From contig DBEZQF010000064.1 of the NCBI GenBank assembly GCA_048254795.1, forward strand, positions 1 to 55,180: a stretch of DNA of 55,180 nt. Reading direction: 5' to 3'. Shown here piece by piece: positions 41,345 to 51,169 of this stretch. Position numbers and translations under genes: made by a program. Source of the stretch: Collinsella sp. (lineage in GTDB: Bacteria > Actinomycetota > Coriobacteriia > Coriobacteriales > Coriobacteriaceae). Below the pieces are notes generated by a model. The model searched no databases, had not been told where the DNA came from, and was given only the letters and a program-made list of their open reading frames with translations. The number at the start of each line of letters is the position of its first letter. Positions within the stretch are counted from its first letter, which is position 1.

Positions 41345-42119
41345 CGGAGCCCTCACCGCCCATCATGGCAACGACCTCCATAATGCGGTCGAAGAACTCT
41401 CGGCGGTCGGTGTCGCCGCGGCGCAGCTCGGTGAAGATCTTGCCGTCTCGAATAAACAGCACACGGCTCGTGTAGCTGGCGGCAAAGCTGTCGTGCGTGA
41501 CCATGAGCACGGTGGCTCGCAGGCGGCGGTTAAGGGCCTCTAGGCTCTCGAGCAGCAGGCGAGCGCTCTTGGAATCGAGGGCGCCGGTGGGCTCGTCGGC
41601 CATGATCATGGTGGGGTCGGTGACGAGTGCGCGAGCCGCGGCAACGCGCTGCTGCTGCCCGCCGGACATCTGGTAGGGATACTTGTCGAGCACCTGACTG
41701 ATGGACAGGCGCGCTGCCACATCCTGCACGCGGGTCGAGATCTCTGCCGAGTTTGTGCGGGCAATGGTGAGCGGCAGGGCGATGTTCTCGCGTGCCGTGA
41801 GCGTATCGAGCAGGTTGGAGTCCTGGAAGATAAAGCCGAGCTCCTCGCGGCGAAACTGCGAGAGCTTGGCCTGCTTCATGCGCGTCACGTCCTGCCCGTT
41901 GATGCGGATGGTGCCGCTCGTGGCGCTATCGATGGTCGACACGCAGTTGAGCAACGTCGACTTGCCCGAGCCCGAAGCGCCCATGATGCCAACGAATTCA
42001 CCGCGGTTGACGGTAAAGCTGACGTCGTTGAGCGCACGGGTCACGTTGCCCAGCGCTCCATATACCTTTTCGAGATGCGCGACCTCCAATACCGGGGTCG
42101 CCATGTGCGTGGTTTGCAT
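41334..42119 (-). CDS. BceA-like ABC ATP-binding protein
   Basis: [45 protein letters not shown] and [10 protein letters not shown] motifs. Confidence 0.93.
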   Translation of the reverse strand: MQTTHMATPVLEVAHLEKVYGALGNVTRALNDVSFTVNRGEFVGIMGASGSGKSTLLNCVSTIDSATSGTIRINGQDVTRMKQAKLSQFRREELGFIFQDSNLLDTLTARENIALPLTIARTNSAEISTRVQDVAARLSISQVLDKYPYQMSGGQQQRVAAARALVTDPTMIMADEPTGALDSKSARLLLESLEALNRRLRATVLMVTHDSFAASYTSRVLFIRDGKIFTELRRGDTDRREFFDRIMEVVAMMGGEGSDAL

Positions 42120-42191
42120 ACCGAGTCCTTTCTTGCGATTAGTCTACGGCATCTATAGTCGCAAGAAGCCGAGTCGGCTACCATCGATATG

Positions 42192-42220
42192 GCTTACGCT
42201 TGCCTTACCGTTGTGTAAGG
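42192..42220. promoter_or_regulatory. BceR-type response regulator binding site
   Basis: Palindrome CCTTACC-GTTG-TGTAAGG (42203-42220) plus an extra half site GCTTAC 11 bp away, upstream of the BceA-like gene. Confidence 0.55.
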
Positions 42221-42267
42221 TGCGGGTAGTTAGCCTGTCACGTGTTGATGTTGAGAGAGGACTCCTG

Positions 42268-43257
42268 TTGAAGACTGTTCATGTTGCCGCTGGGATCATT
42301 CGCAAGGAAGGATCCGACGAGCTACTGGCCGTACAGCGCGGCTATGGCGACATGCAGGGACTTTGGGAGTTTCCCGGTGGCAAGCTCATGCGCGGCGAGA
42401 CGCCCGAAGACGCCGTACGCCGCGAGCTCATGGAAGAGCTGCAGGTAAAAGTCACCAACCTGCGCGATTTCTACACCGTCGAGTATGACTACCCCGATTT
42501 CCATCTCTCCATGGAGTGTTACTACTGCTCGCTCGCCGATGAATCCGATGAGCCTCAGAAGCACGACCGCCAGCTCGATATCCGCTGGATTCCGCGCACC
42601 TCGCTTGCCACGGTTGAGTGGATGCCCGCCGACAAAGGGCTTATCGATGCCCTGATTGAGTTGAAGGAAGATCGGCTTAAGGTCAACAGCACTGCCAAAG
42701 ATGCCGAGGCCGCCACGACCGAACGCCCCGTCGCCAAGCCCAAGCGCGCACCTAAGCGCCGCAGCAAAAAGCGCCCCAAGTCCGGCCTGCTGGACGGCAT
42801 CGACACCTCGGACCTCTCCGCCGACGAGCGTGAGCTCGTGCGCCGTCGCGCCGCCATCAAAAAATCCATGAAGGGCAACAAGCGTGCGAACACCAAACCC
42901 GAGCTGCTCGTTCGCCAGCGCCTGCGCGCCGCAGGCCTTACGGGATACCGTCTGGAATGGAAGGTGCCCGGAAAGCCCGACATCGCCTTTCCCGGGCGCA
43001 AGATCGCCATCTTCGTCAACGGCTGCTTTTGGCACCGCTGCCCCAAGTGCAATCCGAGCCAGCCCAAGCGCAACGGTGAATTTTGGGAGGCAAAGTTTCG
43101 CCGCAACGTCGAGCGCGACCGCGCTGCCGTGGCAGCACTCACTCAAATGGGCTGGACGCCCATAACCATCTGGGAATGCGAGCTCAAAAAAGACCGCATC
43201 GACGCCACCATGGAAAAGGTCATCGAGCAGGTGCAGGCTGCAGAGCCGCAGCGCTAA
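42268..43257 (+). CDS. MutT/NUDIX hydrolase fused to very-short-patch repair (Vsr) endonuclease
   Basis: TTG start after GAGAGG; NUDIX box WEFPGGKLMRGETPEDAVRRELMEEL; basic linker; Vsr motifs NTKPE, PGKPDI, FVNGCFWH, FW..K..RN..RD and IWECE; no stop between the domains. Confidence 0.88.
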   Translation: MKTVHVAAGIIRKEGSDELLAVQRGYGDMQGLWEFPGGKLMRGETPEDAVRRELMEELQVKVTNLRDFYTVEYDYPDFHLSMECYYCSLADESDEPQKHDRQLDIRWIPRTSLATVEWMPADKGLIDALIELKEDRLKVNSTAKDAEAATTERPVAKPKRAPKRRSKKRPKSGLLDGIDTSDLSADERELVRRRAAIKKSMKGNKRANTKPELLVRQRLRAAGLTGYRLEWKVPGKPDIAFPGRKIAIFVNGCFWHRCPKCNPSQPKRNGEFWEAKFRRNVERDRAAVAALTQMGWTPITIWECELKKDRIDATMEKVIEQVQAAEPQR

Positions 43258-43510
43258 CAGCGAGCATTCACACGCTCCGCACGTCTGCGCCACATCCACG
43301 TCACAAACCTTAGAAAGCCCTTAAGCTCCCAACCTTTCAAGAGTGTTACTCGATGCCTCTGACCTGCAGTTTCACCGTAACACCAAACCAGGTTAAGCCT
43401 TTCTTTAGCGCTTCTTTGCAGCAGCCGCGGCATAATACTGCCAACGCACGGGACCTAGCAGCACACCCCGTGCGCAACCTTTTGGTGGACATCGAGGAGG
43501 CCGCACGAGC

Positions 43511-43720
43511 ATGCATTCTTCCAATGACGCAGCACAGCAGCCATCCCTAAATCATGCAAACCTTTTCTCCTTCCCCCCGACACAGAGAAACGGCCTCCTC
43601 GACTCCCCCACCACAAAAACCAAGCGCTCAGCCGATCAGAGCCTCAACTTACGAGCATCCTTCGAAAAGCTCCAAGCATCCCTAGACAAAACCTTCCCCA
43701 ACCAAGCCCGGGCATACTAA
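43511..43720 (+). CDS. Putative small protein (69 aa), unknown function
   Basis: Strong RBS GAGGAGG and -10-like CATAAT at 43431; codon use is atypical (A/C-rich). Confidence 0.4.
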   Translation: MHSSNDAAQQPSLNHANLFSFPPTQRNGLLDSPTTKTKRSADQSLNLRASFEKLQASLDKTFPNQARAY

Positions 43721-43893
43721 CCCCTCATCAACAAAGTAGCCCTCACGCTCCACCCTTTCCGCCCCAACGTCACAAGGGCGACGACCTCGAGTAGGTCAAC
43801 CTGGGAGGGACGAGGGCTTAGTTCCCCAATCTTTCCGCAGAGGGCAAAAAGCAACGTCTTATTTTTCGACACTAACGCCACAAGGGCGATTGA

Positions 43894-44047
43894 GCAGGAC
43901 GGTTTGGGCGGGTCCCGTACTTAGTTTCCAAAATCATTCCGCAGCGCGAAGGCCCCCGTTGTCAACGCTTCGAAGAAGCGAGACAACGGGGGCCTTCATG
44001 CGCGAGGACGTTTTGGAAACTAAGTACGGGACCCGTCCAAACCGTCC
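43894..44047. repeat. Structured palindromic repeat family A, copy 5
   Basis: GCAGG head; GGACGGTTTGGGCGGGTCCCGTACTTAGTTTCCAAAA stem; CATTCCGCAG / CATGCGCGAGGACG; apex CTTC-GAA-GAAG. Confidence 0.85.
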
Positions 44048-44071
44048 GGTGGGATCAGAGCACCCTTGCTG

Positions 44072-44929
44072 TTACTCTGCTTTGCCCACAGAGTTGAGGT
44101 TGGTCATGCGGATCTTAACCAGCTCGGTGATCTCACGCATACCCTCCTTGGCCGGCTTCTTAGGATCGAAGCAGGCGGGGTTCTCGGCCATGTAGGCCAT
44201 GAAGCCCTTGGTGTAGGCCTGACGCAGCTCAGTGGCGTAGTTAACCTTGCAGATGCCGTTCTTCACAGCCTCGGCAACCTGCTCATCGGGCACACCGGAG
44301 GTGCCGTGCAGAACCAGCGGCACGTCGACGGCGTCGCGGATGGCCTTGACCACGGACTGCTCGATGTGCGGATCGCTCGTGTACACGCCGTGGCTGGTGC
44401 CAACGCCAATGGCCAGCGAGGTGCAGCCAGTGCGCTCGACGAACTCCTTGGCCTCGGCAGGATCGGTGTAGGGGCTCTCGCCCTCAACCGCGGGACCGTC
44501 GTCCTCCTTGCCGCCAACCTTGCCGAGCTCGGCCTCGACGGGCACACCCATGGCGCGGCCAGCGTCGGCGACGGACTTGGTCAGGGCGATGTTGTCCTCG
44601 AAGGACTCGTGCGAACCGTCGATCATGACAGAGGTGTAGCCAGTGCGGAAAGCCTGCATGCAGCGGTCATAGCCATCGCCATGATCGAGGTGCAGGGCGA
44701 CGGGCACGGAAGCGCGCTCGGCGGCAGCCTTGACCATGCCGTAGAAGTAGTCCAGACCAGCGGTCTTGATGGTGCCCGGGGTGGTCTGCATGATGACGGG
44801 GGACTTGGTCTCCTCGGCAGCGGCCAGAACGGCCATAACAAACTCGAGGTTCTCGACGTTGAACGCGCCGACGGCGTAGTGGCCGGCCTGAGCGTCCTTG
44901 AGCATCTTTTCGGTGGTAACAAGTGCCAT
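44072..44929 (-). CDS. Class II fructose/tagatose-1,6-bisphosphate aldolase
   Basis: YAVGAFN, VALHLDHG, SVMIDGS, VEAELG, GTSHG, LVLHGTSG and KVNYAT motifs. Confidence 0.93.
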   Translation of the reverse strand: MALVTTEKMLKDAQAGHYAVGAFNVENLEFVMAVLAAAEETKSPVIMQTTPGTIKTAGLDYFYGMVKAAAERASVPVALHLDHGDGYDRCMQAFRTGYTSVMIDGSHESFEDNIALTKSVADAGRAMGVPVEAELGKVGGKEDDGPAVEGESPYTDPAEAKEFVERTGCTSLAIGVGTSHGVYTSDPHIEQSVVKAIRDAVDVPLVLHGTSGVPDEQVAEAVKNGICKVNYATELRQAYTKGFMAYMAENPACFDPKKPAKEGMREITELVKIRMTNLNSVGKAE

Positions 44930-45263
44930 GAGCGTTTGCTCCTCTCCCTCGCCCGCATCTGGACATCGGGCGTACGTGTCCGCAAGGCGTTTTACCTTGC
45001 GTTTTGCTGCTTCCATTGTATGAAATTCAGCGGCTTTGCATGTGCGAGATATTGAGCCCATGCAGGTCAATACAGTCGTTTTTGAAAAGTAAACGGAAGG
45101 AATTGGGGCCGGGCGGGCGTGTTCGATATTGAATTTTGGGCGTTGAGCGTCTTTCTTTTATTGAAAAGATAAGTAATCGAAAGGTGTTTTCTTACTCAAA
45201 AAGAAAATGAACGAAAATAGAGTCAACACAATTCCTGCAAATTTAGCCGAGAATGGAGCAGAC

Positions 45264-46067
45264 ATGACCCAAGCTACCAACCGTGCTTTTGCCGACGAAC
45301 GCCGCGCCGCCATCATGGAAATGCTCGAGCACAACGCCTCGGTGCAGGTAGCAGAAATCGCCCAGACCTTTGGCGTGTCCTCCGTCACCGCCCGCGCCGA
45401 CCTGGACGCGCTCGCCGAAGCAGGCAAGCTGCGCCGCACGCATGGTGGCGCCGTATCGCTCCACAAGCGTCTGACTGTTTCCACGCAGGATCGCCGCATC
45501 AATGTCAACGTCGCCGCCAAACAAGCCATCGCACAAAGCGCCATTGAACTCGTCAATGACGGTGACACCCTGCTCGTCGACTCGGGCACCACGGCGCTCG
45601 AGTTCGTCCGGCTCCTTGATCAGCGCGACGGCATCACCGTTATCACGGCCGACATTACCATCGCCGATTATATTGACGAGAGCATGCCCTCGGTCGATGT
45701 CGTCATGCTGGGCGGGGCACTGCGCAAAGGTCATCGCTATCTGTACGGCCCACTTACCATGCAGGCTCTCCAAATGGTCCACGCCGATCTTGCCGTCATG
45801 TGCCCTGGCGCTTTTGTTCCCGGCTGCGGCTTTACGACCGACTTTCCCCAGATGGCCGAGACCAAAACAGCTATGATCGCCGGAGCCCATCAAAGCGTCG
45901 CCCTCATGGACGCTAGCAAGGTTAACGGACGCGGCATGTACCGCTTTGCCGAACTGACTGATGTCGACACCATCGTGATGGACCGTGACCCCGATCATGC
46001 CGTCGCCACCTCAATCGCCGAGGCCACCGACAGCGCACGTCCAGCCCTCATCATCGCCGGCGCTTAA
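45264..46067 (+). CDS. DeoR/GlpR-family transcriptional regulator
   Basis: ERRAAI, VSSVTARADL..L...G.L.RTHGGA, K..IA..A and DSGTT motifs; divergent from the aldolase across an AT-rich GAAA-repeat region. Confidence 0.93.
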   Translation: MTQATNRAFADERRAAIMEMLEHNASVQVAEIAQTFGVSSVTARADLDALAEAGKLRRTHGGAVSLHKRLTVSTQDRRINVNVAAKQAIAQSAIELVNDGDTLLVDSGTTALEFVRLLDQRDGITVITADITIADYIDESMPSVDVVMLGGALRKGHRYLYGPLTMQALQMVHADLAVMCPGAFVPGCGFTTDFPQMAETKTAMIAGAHQSVALMDASKVNGRGMYRFAELTDVDTIVMDRDPDHAVATSIAEATDSARPALIIAGA

Positions 46068-46072
46068 ACAAA

Positions 46073-46109
46073 AACCACCACAAAGGTGCCTGTCCCCTTT
46101 GTGGTGGTT
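46073..46109. repeat. GGGGACAG-loop hairpin variant, possibly a bidirectional terminator
   Basis: AACCACCACAAAGG-TGCCTGTCC-CCTTTGTGGTGGTT between convergent genes; loop shares CCTGTCCC with the 35-bp REP. Confidence 0.65.
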
Positions 46110-46141
46110 GTGATGGCTGAGCGTCAAAAGTGAGCGTGTCG

Positions 46142-47302
46142 CTACTTGGACAGCTCGTCGGCGAGGGCCTCGATCTGGGCGCGCGAGGCTTCGTTGAGCG
46201 AGCCCAGCACAGTCACCTTGTTCTGCGTCAGGGTGATGTCCTTCATGCCCTCGAGCTCCTTGGTCATAACCTTGGCAGCCGCGGGTGCCCAAGAGCCGGC
46301 CTCGACGAGCGCCACCGTACGGTTCTGGTAGGCGTGCTCGGCGAGCGTATGGATGAAGGTGCTCATGCACGGGAAGATCTCGCCCTGATAGGTGATGGAG
46401 GCGAGCACCAGACGGTCGTAGCGGAACGCATCCTCAACGGCCTCGGCCATGTCGTCACGAGCCAGGTCAAAGACGGAGACCTTCTGGCCGCGAGCCTCAA
46501 GCGCAGATGCGAGCTCCTCGACGGCAGCCTTCAGATGCCCGTACACGCTCGCGTAGGCAATCGTGATACCCTCGTCCTCGGGTTGATAGCTCGACCAGGT
46601 GTTATAGGTGTCGAGGTAGTAGCCCAGGTTCTCAGTCAGCACGGGGCCGTGGAGCGGGCAGATAATCTGGATGTCCAGGTCGGCGGCCTTCTTGAGGACG
46701 GCCTGCACGAACTTGCCGAACTTACCGACGATGCCAAAGTAGTAACGGCGCGCTTCGCAAGCCCAGCCCTCGGGATCCTCGATGTCGTTGGCGCCAAACT
46801 TGCCAAAACCGTCGGCACTAAAGAGCACCTTGTCGGTGGACTCGTAGGAGAAGAGCACCTCGGGCCAGTGAACATTGGGGGCACCGACAAAGGTTAGGCT
46901 GTGGCCGCCCAGGTCGAGCACGTCGCCATCTTTGACGACCATCTTGCGCTCGGGGAAGTCGGTGCCAAAGTAGTTGACCATCATACGGAAGGCGCCCATG
47001 CTGGCAACAATCTGCGCCTGGGGATAGCGCTCCATAAAGGCGGCGATGCCGGCGGAGTGATCGGGCTCCATGTGATGGACGATCAGGTAGTCGGGCGTGC
47101 GGCCATCGAGCACGGCCTCGAGGTTGCCGAGCCACTCGTCAACAAAACCGCCGTCGACTGAATCGGCGACAGCGATCTTTTCGCCCAAGATAACGTAGCT
47201 GTTGTATGCCATACCATTCTCGGACACATCGTACTGGCCCTCGAACAGGTCAATGTCGTGATCGTTGACGCCAATGTAGCGGATATCCTTGGTGATCTCC
47301 AT
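46142..47302 (-). CDS. FprA-family flavodiiron protein (O2/NO reductase)
   Basis: YNSY, HHMEPDHS, VHWPE and FSADGFG metallo-beta-lactamase diiron motifs; C-terminal flavodoxin YASVYG and GSWAP. Confidence 0.93.
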   Translation of the reverse strand: MEITKDIRYIGVNDHDIDLFEGQYDVSENGMAYNSYVILGEKIAVADSVDGGFVDEWLGNLEAVLDGRTPDYLIVHHMEPDHSAGIAAFMERYPQAQIVASMGAFRMMVNYFGTDFPERKMVVKDGDVLDLGGHSLTFVGAPNVHWPEVLFSYESTDKVLFSADGFGKFGANDIEDPEGWACEARRYYFGIVGKFGKFVQAVLKKAADLDIQIICPLHGPVLTENLGYYLDTYNTWSSYQPEDEGITIAYASVYGHLKAAVEELASALEARGQKVSVFDLARDDMAEAVEDAFRYDRLVLASITYQGEIFPCMSTFIHTLAEHAYQNRTVALVEAGSWAPAAAKVMTKELEGMKDITLTQNKVTVLGSLNEASRAQIEALADELSK

Positions 47303-47431
47303 CAGGCAAAGCCTCCTAGATAGACAAAAGAACCCGTCTATCATAGCACTCGCCCTCGTAGCCACGGCTATCTGCCAGCATCCTTACCGATTGTTATTGA
47401 TGCGGAATATACCGCTTTTGACCTGCAAAAA

Positions 47432-48463
47432 CTATACGCGAGGCTCTGCCGTGGTGTGCCGAACGATGAGCTTGCCCGGAATACGAATGGCAACAGTCTT
47501 GCCCGTTGCCCCCGCTTTGGGAACCGCATGCTCGAATACCTCGCGTCCGCGCTGATGTAGATCGAATCGCACGGTCGTGAGCTCGTTATGCGCGACAAAG
47601 TCGTCGAGCGAGTCATCGACGCCCACCACGCTCACGTCCTCGGGCACACGCAATCCGCTGTCGCGCAACGCAGCGATCGCACCGTTTGCCATCTGGTCAT
47701 TTGCCGCGTAAATCGCCGTCATGGTGCGGTCGTGCTCAGCCAGATATCTGCCGGCTTCGTAACCGCTGTTGGCAGACCAGTCACCCTCGAGCGGTTCAGC
47801 CATTTTGATATGCCTGCGCTCGAGAGAATCTCTCCAACCGGCCCGACGGAACTGCTCGTCGACCGAGAAGGACGGACCGCCGATAAAGCGAATTTGCTCG
47901 TGGCCCAGCTCAAACAGATGATCCATAAGCAGTAGAGAACAGCCATAGTGGTCGGAGTCGACCGTGGTCACCCGCGGGTGCGCATACATGGTGACGATAA
48001 CCGTGCCAATGCCCGGCAGCGGATCAAACGCCTCAAAATCGGGCGCCATACGACTCATGCCGATAATGATGCCGTCCACGGGCAGCGCTGCCATACGACG
48101 CGTTGCCTCGGCAAGCGAAAACTCCTCAGTCTTGGACATCTCGACCAGCGTGATAGCACAACCGCGGTCGCGGGCTGCACTGGCAATGCCGTCGATCATC
48201 GTAAGGTTACCGAACTTGGTGACGTCGTTAACGCACAGCCCGACCGAATGGTAGCGGCCGTCGCGCAGCGAGCGACCGGCATAGCTCGGACGGAAACCGA
48301 GCTCCTGCATGGCTGCCTGCACGCGCTGACGCGTCTGTTCGTTCACGTTGGGCAATCCGTTGGCAACGCGCGAAACCGTCTGCTGCGAAACACCGGCAGC
48401 GCGGGCAACGTCGGCCATGGAAACCGGACGCGAACCCGTGTCGTTGGAAGGGCGCCTTGCCAC
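47432..48463 (-). CDS. LacI-family regulator (GalR-like)
   Basis: SMADVARAAGVSQQTVSRVAN, AANDQMA and VPEDVSVVGVDD motifs; divergent from galM. Confidence 0.92.
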   Translation of the reverse strand: MARRPSNDTGSRPVSMADVARAAGVSQQTVSRVANGLPNVNEQTRQRVQAAMQELGFRPSYAGRSLRDGRYHSVGLCVNDVTKFGNLTMIDGIASAARDRGCAITLVEMSKTEEFSLAEATRRMAALPVDGIIIGMSRMAPDFEAFDPLPGIGTVIVTMYAHPRVTTVDSDHYGCSLLLMDHLFELGHEQIRFIGGPSFSVDEQFRRAGWRDSLERRHIKMAEPLEGDWSANSGYEAGRYLAEHDRTMTAIYAANDQMANGAIAALRDSGLRVPEDVSVVGVDDSLDDFVAHNELTTVRFDLHQRGREVFEHAVPKAGATGKTVAIRIPGKLIVRHTTAEPRV

Positions 48464-48546
48464 AAAATCACCTTCGCTCCTGTAGGAAGCCTAAATACCC
48501 CATGCGAAATTGCTGGTCACACGGGAGGCTTTGTTGTCTTCCGATA

Positions 48547-48684
48547 ATGTTAACGTACTCTACTATACCTATCAGCAGTTATGCAGCGCCCTCAATACCA
48601 CCTGAATACCGTTCACGGCTCATTTTCGACCGATTGCAGGAAAGCGAAGAAGTCCGTGGTTCCAGGCTATGAGTACGTTAACAT
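48547..48684. promoter_or_regulatory. LacI-type operators of the gal locus
   Basis: ATGTTAACGTACTC (48547-48560) and its inverse ATGAGTACGTTAACAT (48669-48684); a third copy ATGTTTACGTACTCAT lies at 49904-49919 before galK. Confidence 0.75.
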
Positions 48685-48762
48685 AAGGCGTAAGCACACC
48701 GATACCATGATGGCCTGCGCTCCGGGCGCACAGGCCATGGCGTCGTATTCGAAAGGACGCTC

Positions 48763-49839
48763 ATGATTACCACAACTCCGTTCGGCACCGCCCCCGGCGG
48801 CTCGCCGGTTACGGTCTATAACCTTGTTTGCGCAGGTGCCCGCGTGCGCGTTATGGACTATGGCGCGACCATCCTTAGCATCGAGGTTCCCGATGCCTCA
48901 GGCGATGTTGCCGACATCGCGCTCGGCTTCGATGCCCTCGATGGCTACTTCGACAATCCGGCGTGCTACGGCGGAACCATTGGGCCTTCGGCCAACCGAA
49001 CGGATAAAGGCCAAATCGAGATTGCCGGCACGGTCTATCAGATGGCATGCAACGATGGTCCCAACAAAGCCAATAATCTGCACACTGACCTTGAACATGG
49101 CCTTCATAAGCGCGTGTGGAACGCCACGGTCGACGAGATTACCAACACGGTGAGTTTTACATGCAAGTTGGTCGACGGCGAACTGGGCCTCCCGGGCAAC
49201 CGCACCTTTACCGTTGCCTATGTCCTGCAGGCAGGGCCAACGGGTGCCGCAGAGCTCACCTGCACGCAAAGCTGCGTTACCGATGCCGACACCTTCGTCA
49301 ACATGACCAACCACACGTACTTCAACCTTGCGGGGCACGATGCCGGCACGGTTCTGGACCAGGTCGCGACTATCGACGCCGAGGCTTTCCTCCCCCAGCG
49401 CCAGGACAACGTCTCTTCTGGCGAGGTTCGCCCCGTGGCCGGTACGCCATTCGATTTCCGCGCACCCAAGGCGCTCGGCCGCGACATCGAGGCGAACGAC
49501 GAGCAGCTCAAGATTGCACGGGGCTTTGACCATTGTTTCTGCCTGGATAGCTTTACCCCCGACGCCGACCCGCGCCACGCACTGCGCTTGCAAGATCCAA
49601 ACTCGCGCCGCACGCTCGACATCTTCGTAACCGCACCGGGCGCGCATCTGTATACCGGCAACTGGCTCAGCGATATCGACGCCAAAGACGGCTGCAGTTA
49701 CGGTCCTCGCGACGGCGTCGCATTTGAGCCCGAGTTTTGGCCTGACAACAACCATCACACAGATTGGGCACATCCCGTCTGCACGCCTGACCACCCGTTT
49801 AGCTCGACAATCGTGTACCGATTCTCGACGATTTGTTAA
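48763..49839 (+). CDS. galM: Aldose 1-epimerase (galactose mutarotase)
   Basis: YGAT, D..LGFD, G..ANR, NMTNHTYFNL, GTPFDF and GFDH motifs. Confidence 0.93.
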   Translation: MITTTPFGTAPGGSPVTVYNLVCAGARVRVMDYGATILSIEVPDASGDVADIALGFDALDGYFDNPACYGGTIGPSANRTDKGQIEIAGTVYQMACNDGPNKANNLHTDLEHGLHKRVWNATVDEITNTVSFTCKLVDGELGLPGNRTFTVAYVLQAGPTGAAELTCTQSCVTDADTFVNMTNHTYFNLAGHDAGTVLDQVATIDAEAFLPQRQDNVSSGEVRPVAGTPFDFRAPKALGRDIEANDEQLKIARGFDHCFCLDSFTPDADPRHALRLQDPNSRRTLDIFVTAPGAHLYTGNWLSDIDAKDGCSYGPRDGVAFEPEFWPDNNHHTDWAHPVCTPDHPFSSTIVYRFSTIC

Positions 49840-49963
49840 CCCACCCTCGTCGAGATGCGAGGGAGCAGCGTTATGACTCCCGTCTACTCCCTCGCACCTT
49901 GATATGTTTACGTACTCATAAGCAAAGCCCGGTAGCTCGGGATAACCAAGAAAGGAAGACACC

Positions 49964-51169
49964 ATGACCGCCCCCGACGAAAAGACACTCGCCACGCTCA
50001 CCAAGCTGTTTGAGGAGGAGTTTGGCCCCATCGGCGACCGCCAGGTGCTCTACGTGCACGCGCCCGGGCGTTCCGAGATCAGCGGCAATCACACCGATCA
50101 CGAGGGCGGTCACGTTATCGCCGGCTCGCTCGATGTCGCTGTCGACGGTATCGCCGTGGCAACCGACTCCAACAGGATTCGCGTCGCCGACGAGGGCTAT
50201 CCTACGTTTGAGATCACGCTCGACACGCTGGATGTTCAGGAGTCCGAGAAGGGCACGTCCGCAAGCCTCGTCCGCGGCATGGCACACGAGATTGCAGCCC
50301 TTGGCGTTGAGCCCCACGGCTTCGACTTCGCCTTCACCTGCTCCGTCCCCTCGGGTGGTGGCCTTTCCAGCTCTGCCGCCGTCGAGGCCGCGTACGGTCG
50401 TGCCATGGAGACGCTCTGGGGCGCGCCCGCCATTGAGCCCGTCACGCTCGCTCAGATGAGCCAGCGCACCGAGAACAACTACTACGGCAAGCCCTGCGGT
50501 CTGATGGACCAGGCCGCCGTATGTCTGGGCGGCCTTGCCTACATGGACTTTGAGGACCAGGCTCAGCCTAAGACCCAGAAGCTCGAGCTCAACTTTGAGG
50601 ACCACGGCTATGCGCTCGTGCTCGTTAAGGTCGGCGCCGACCACGTGGCCGCCACCGATGACTACGCGGCCGTTCCGCGCGAAATGCAAGACGTCGCCGC
50701 CGAGTTTGGCAAGGCACGCCTGTGCGAGGTAAACGTTGCCGATTTTGACGCCAAGCTCCCCGAGCTGCGCGCCAAGCTGGGCGACCGTGCCTGCCTGCGC
50801 GCCGTTCACTACTGGTACGAGAACGGCCTGGTCGATAAACGCTGGGCGGCCCTGAACGCCGGCGACATTGACCAGTTCCTGGTCCTGACGCGCGAGTCCG
50901 GCGCCAGCTCTGCCATGTACCTGCAGAATGTTGTTGCCAAACTGGGTGCCGAGCAGCCTTCCATGTACGCGCTTGCTCTTGCCGAGCATGTGCTCGACGG
51001 CCGTGGCGCCGTTCGTATTCACGGCGGCGGCTTTGGCGGTACCATCCAGGCTTTCGTGCCGCTCGATCTGGTCGACACCTTCATCACCAAGATGAACAGC
51101 TGGCTGGGCGAGGGCTCTGCCCGTCACTACGCCATCTCTGACAAGGGGGCTTACGCGGCATGGCTGTAA
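49964..51169 (+). CDS. galK: Galactokinase
   Basis: APGRSEISGNHTDH, PSGGGLSSSAA, KPCGLMDQ and RIHGGGFGG motifs. Confidence 0.94.
   Translation: MTAPDEKTLATLTKLFEEEFGPIGDRQVLYVHAPGRSEISGNHTDHEGGHVIAGSLDVAVDGIAVATDSNRIRVADEGYPTFEITLDTLDVQESEKGTSASLVRGMAHEIAALGVEPHGFDFAFTCSVPSGGGLSSSAAVEAAYGRAMETLWGAPAIEPVTLAQMSQRTENNYYGKPCGLMDQAAVCLGGLAYMDFEDQAQPKTQKLELNFEDHGYALVLVKVGADHVAATDDYAAVPREMQDVAAEFGKARLCEVNVADFDAKLPELRAKLGDRACLRAVHYWYENGLVDKRWAALNAGDIDQFLVLTRESGASSAMYLQNVVAKLGAEQPSMYALALAEHVLDGRGAVRIHGGGFGGTIQAFVPLDLVDTFITKMNSWLGEGSARHYAISDKGAYAAWL

Noticed and set aside
41701..42267. 518-aa version of the NUDIX-Vsr ORF
   Set aside because: The N-terminal 189 codons overlap the antisense ABC ATPase gene and its promoter; the RBS supports a TTG start at 42268.
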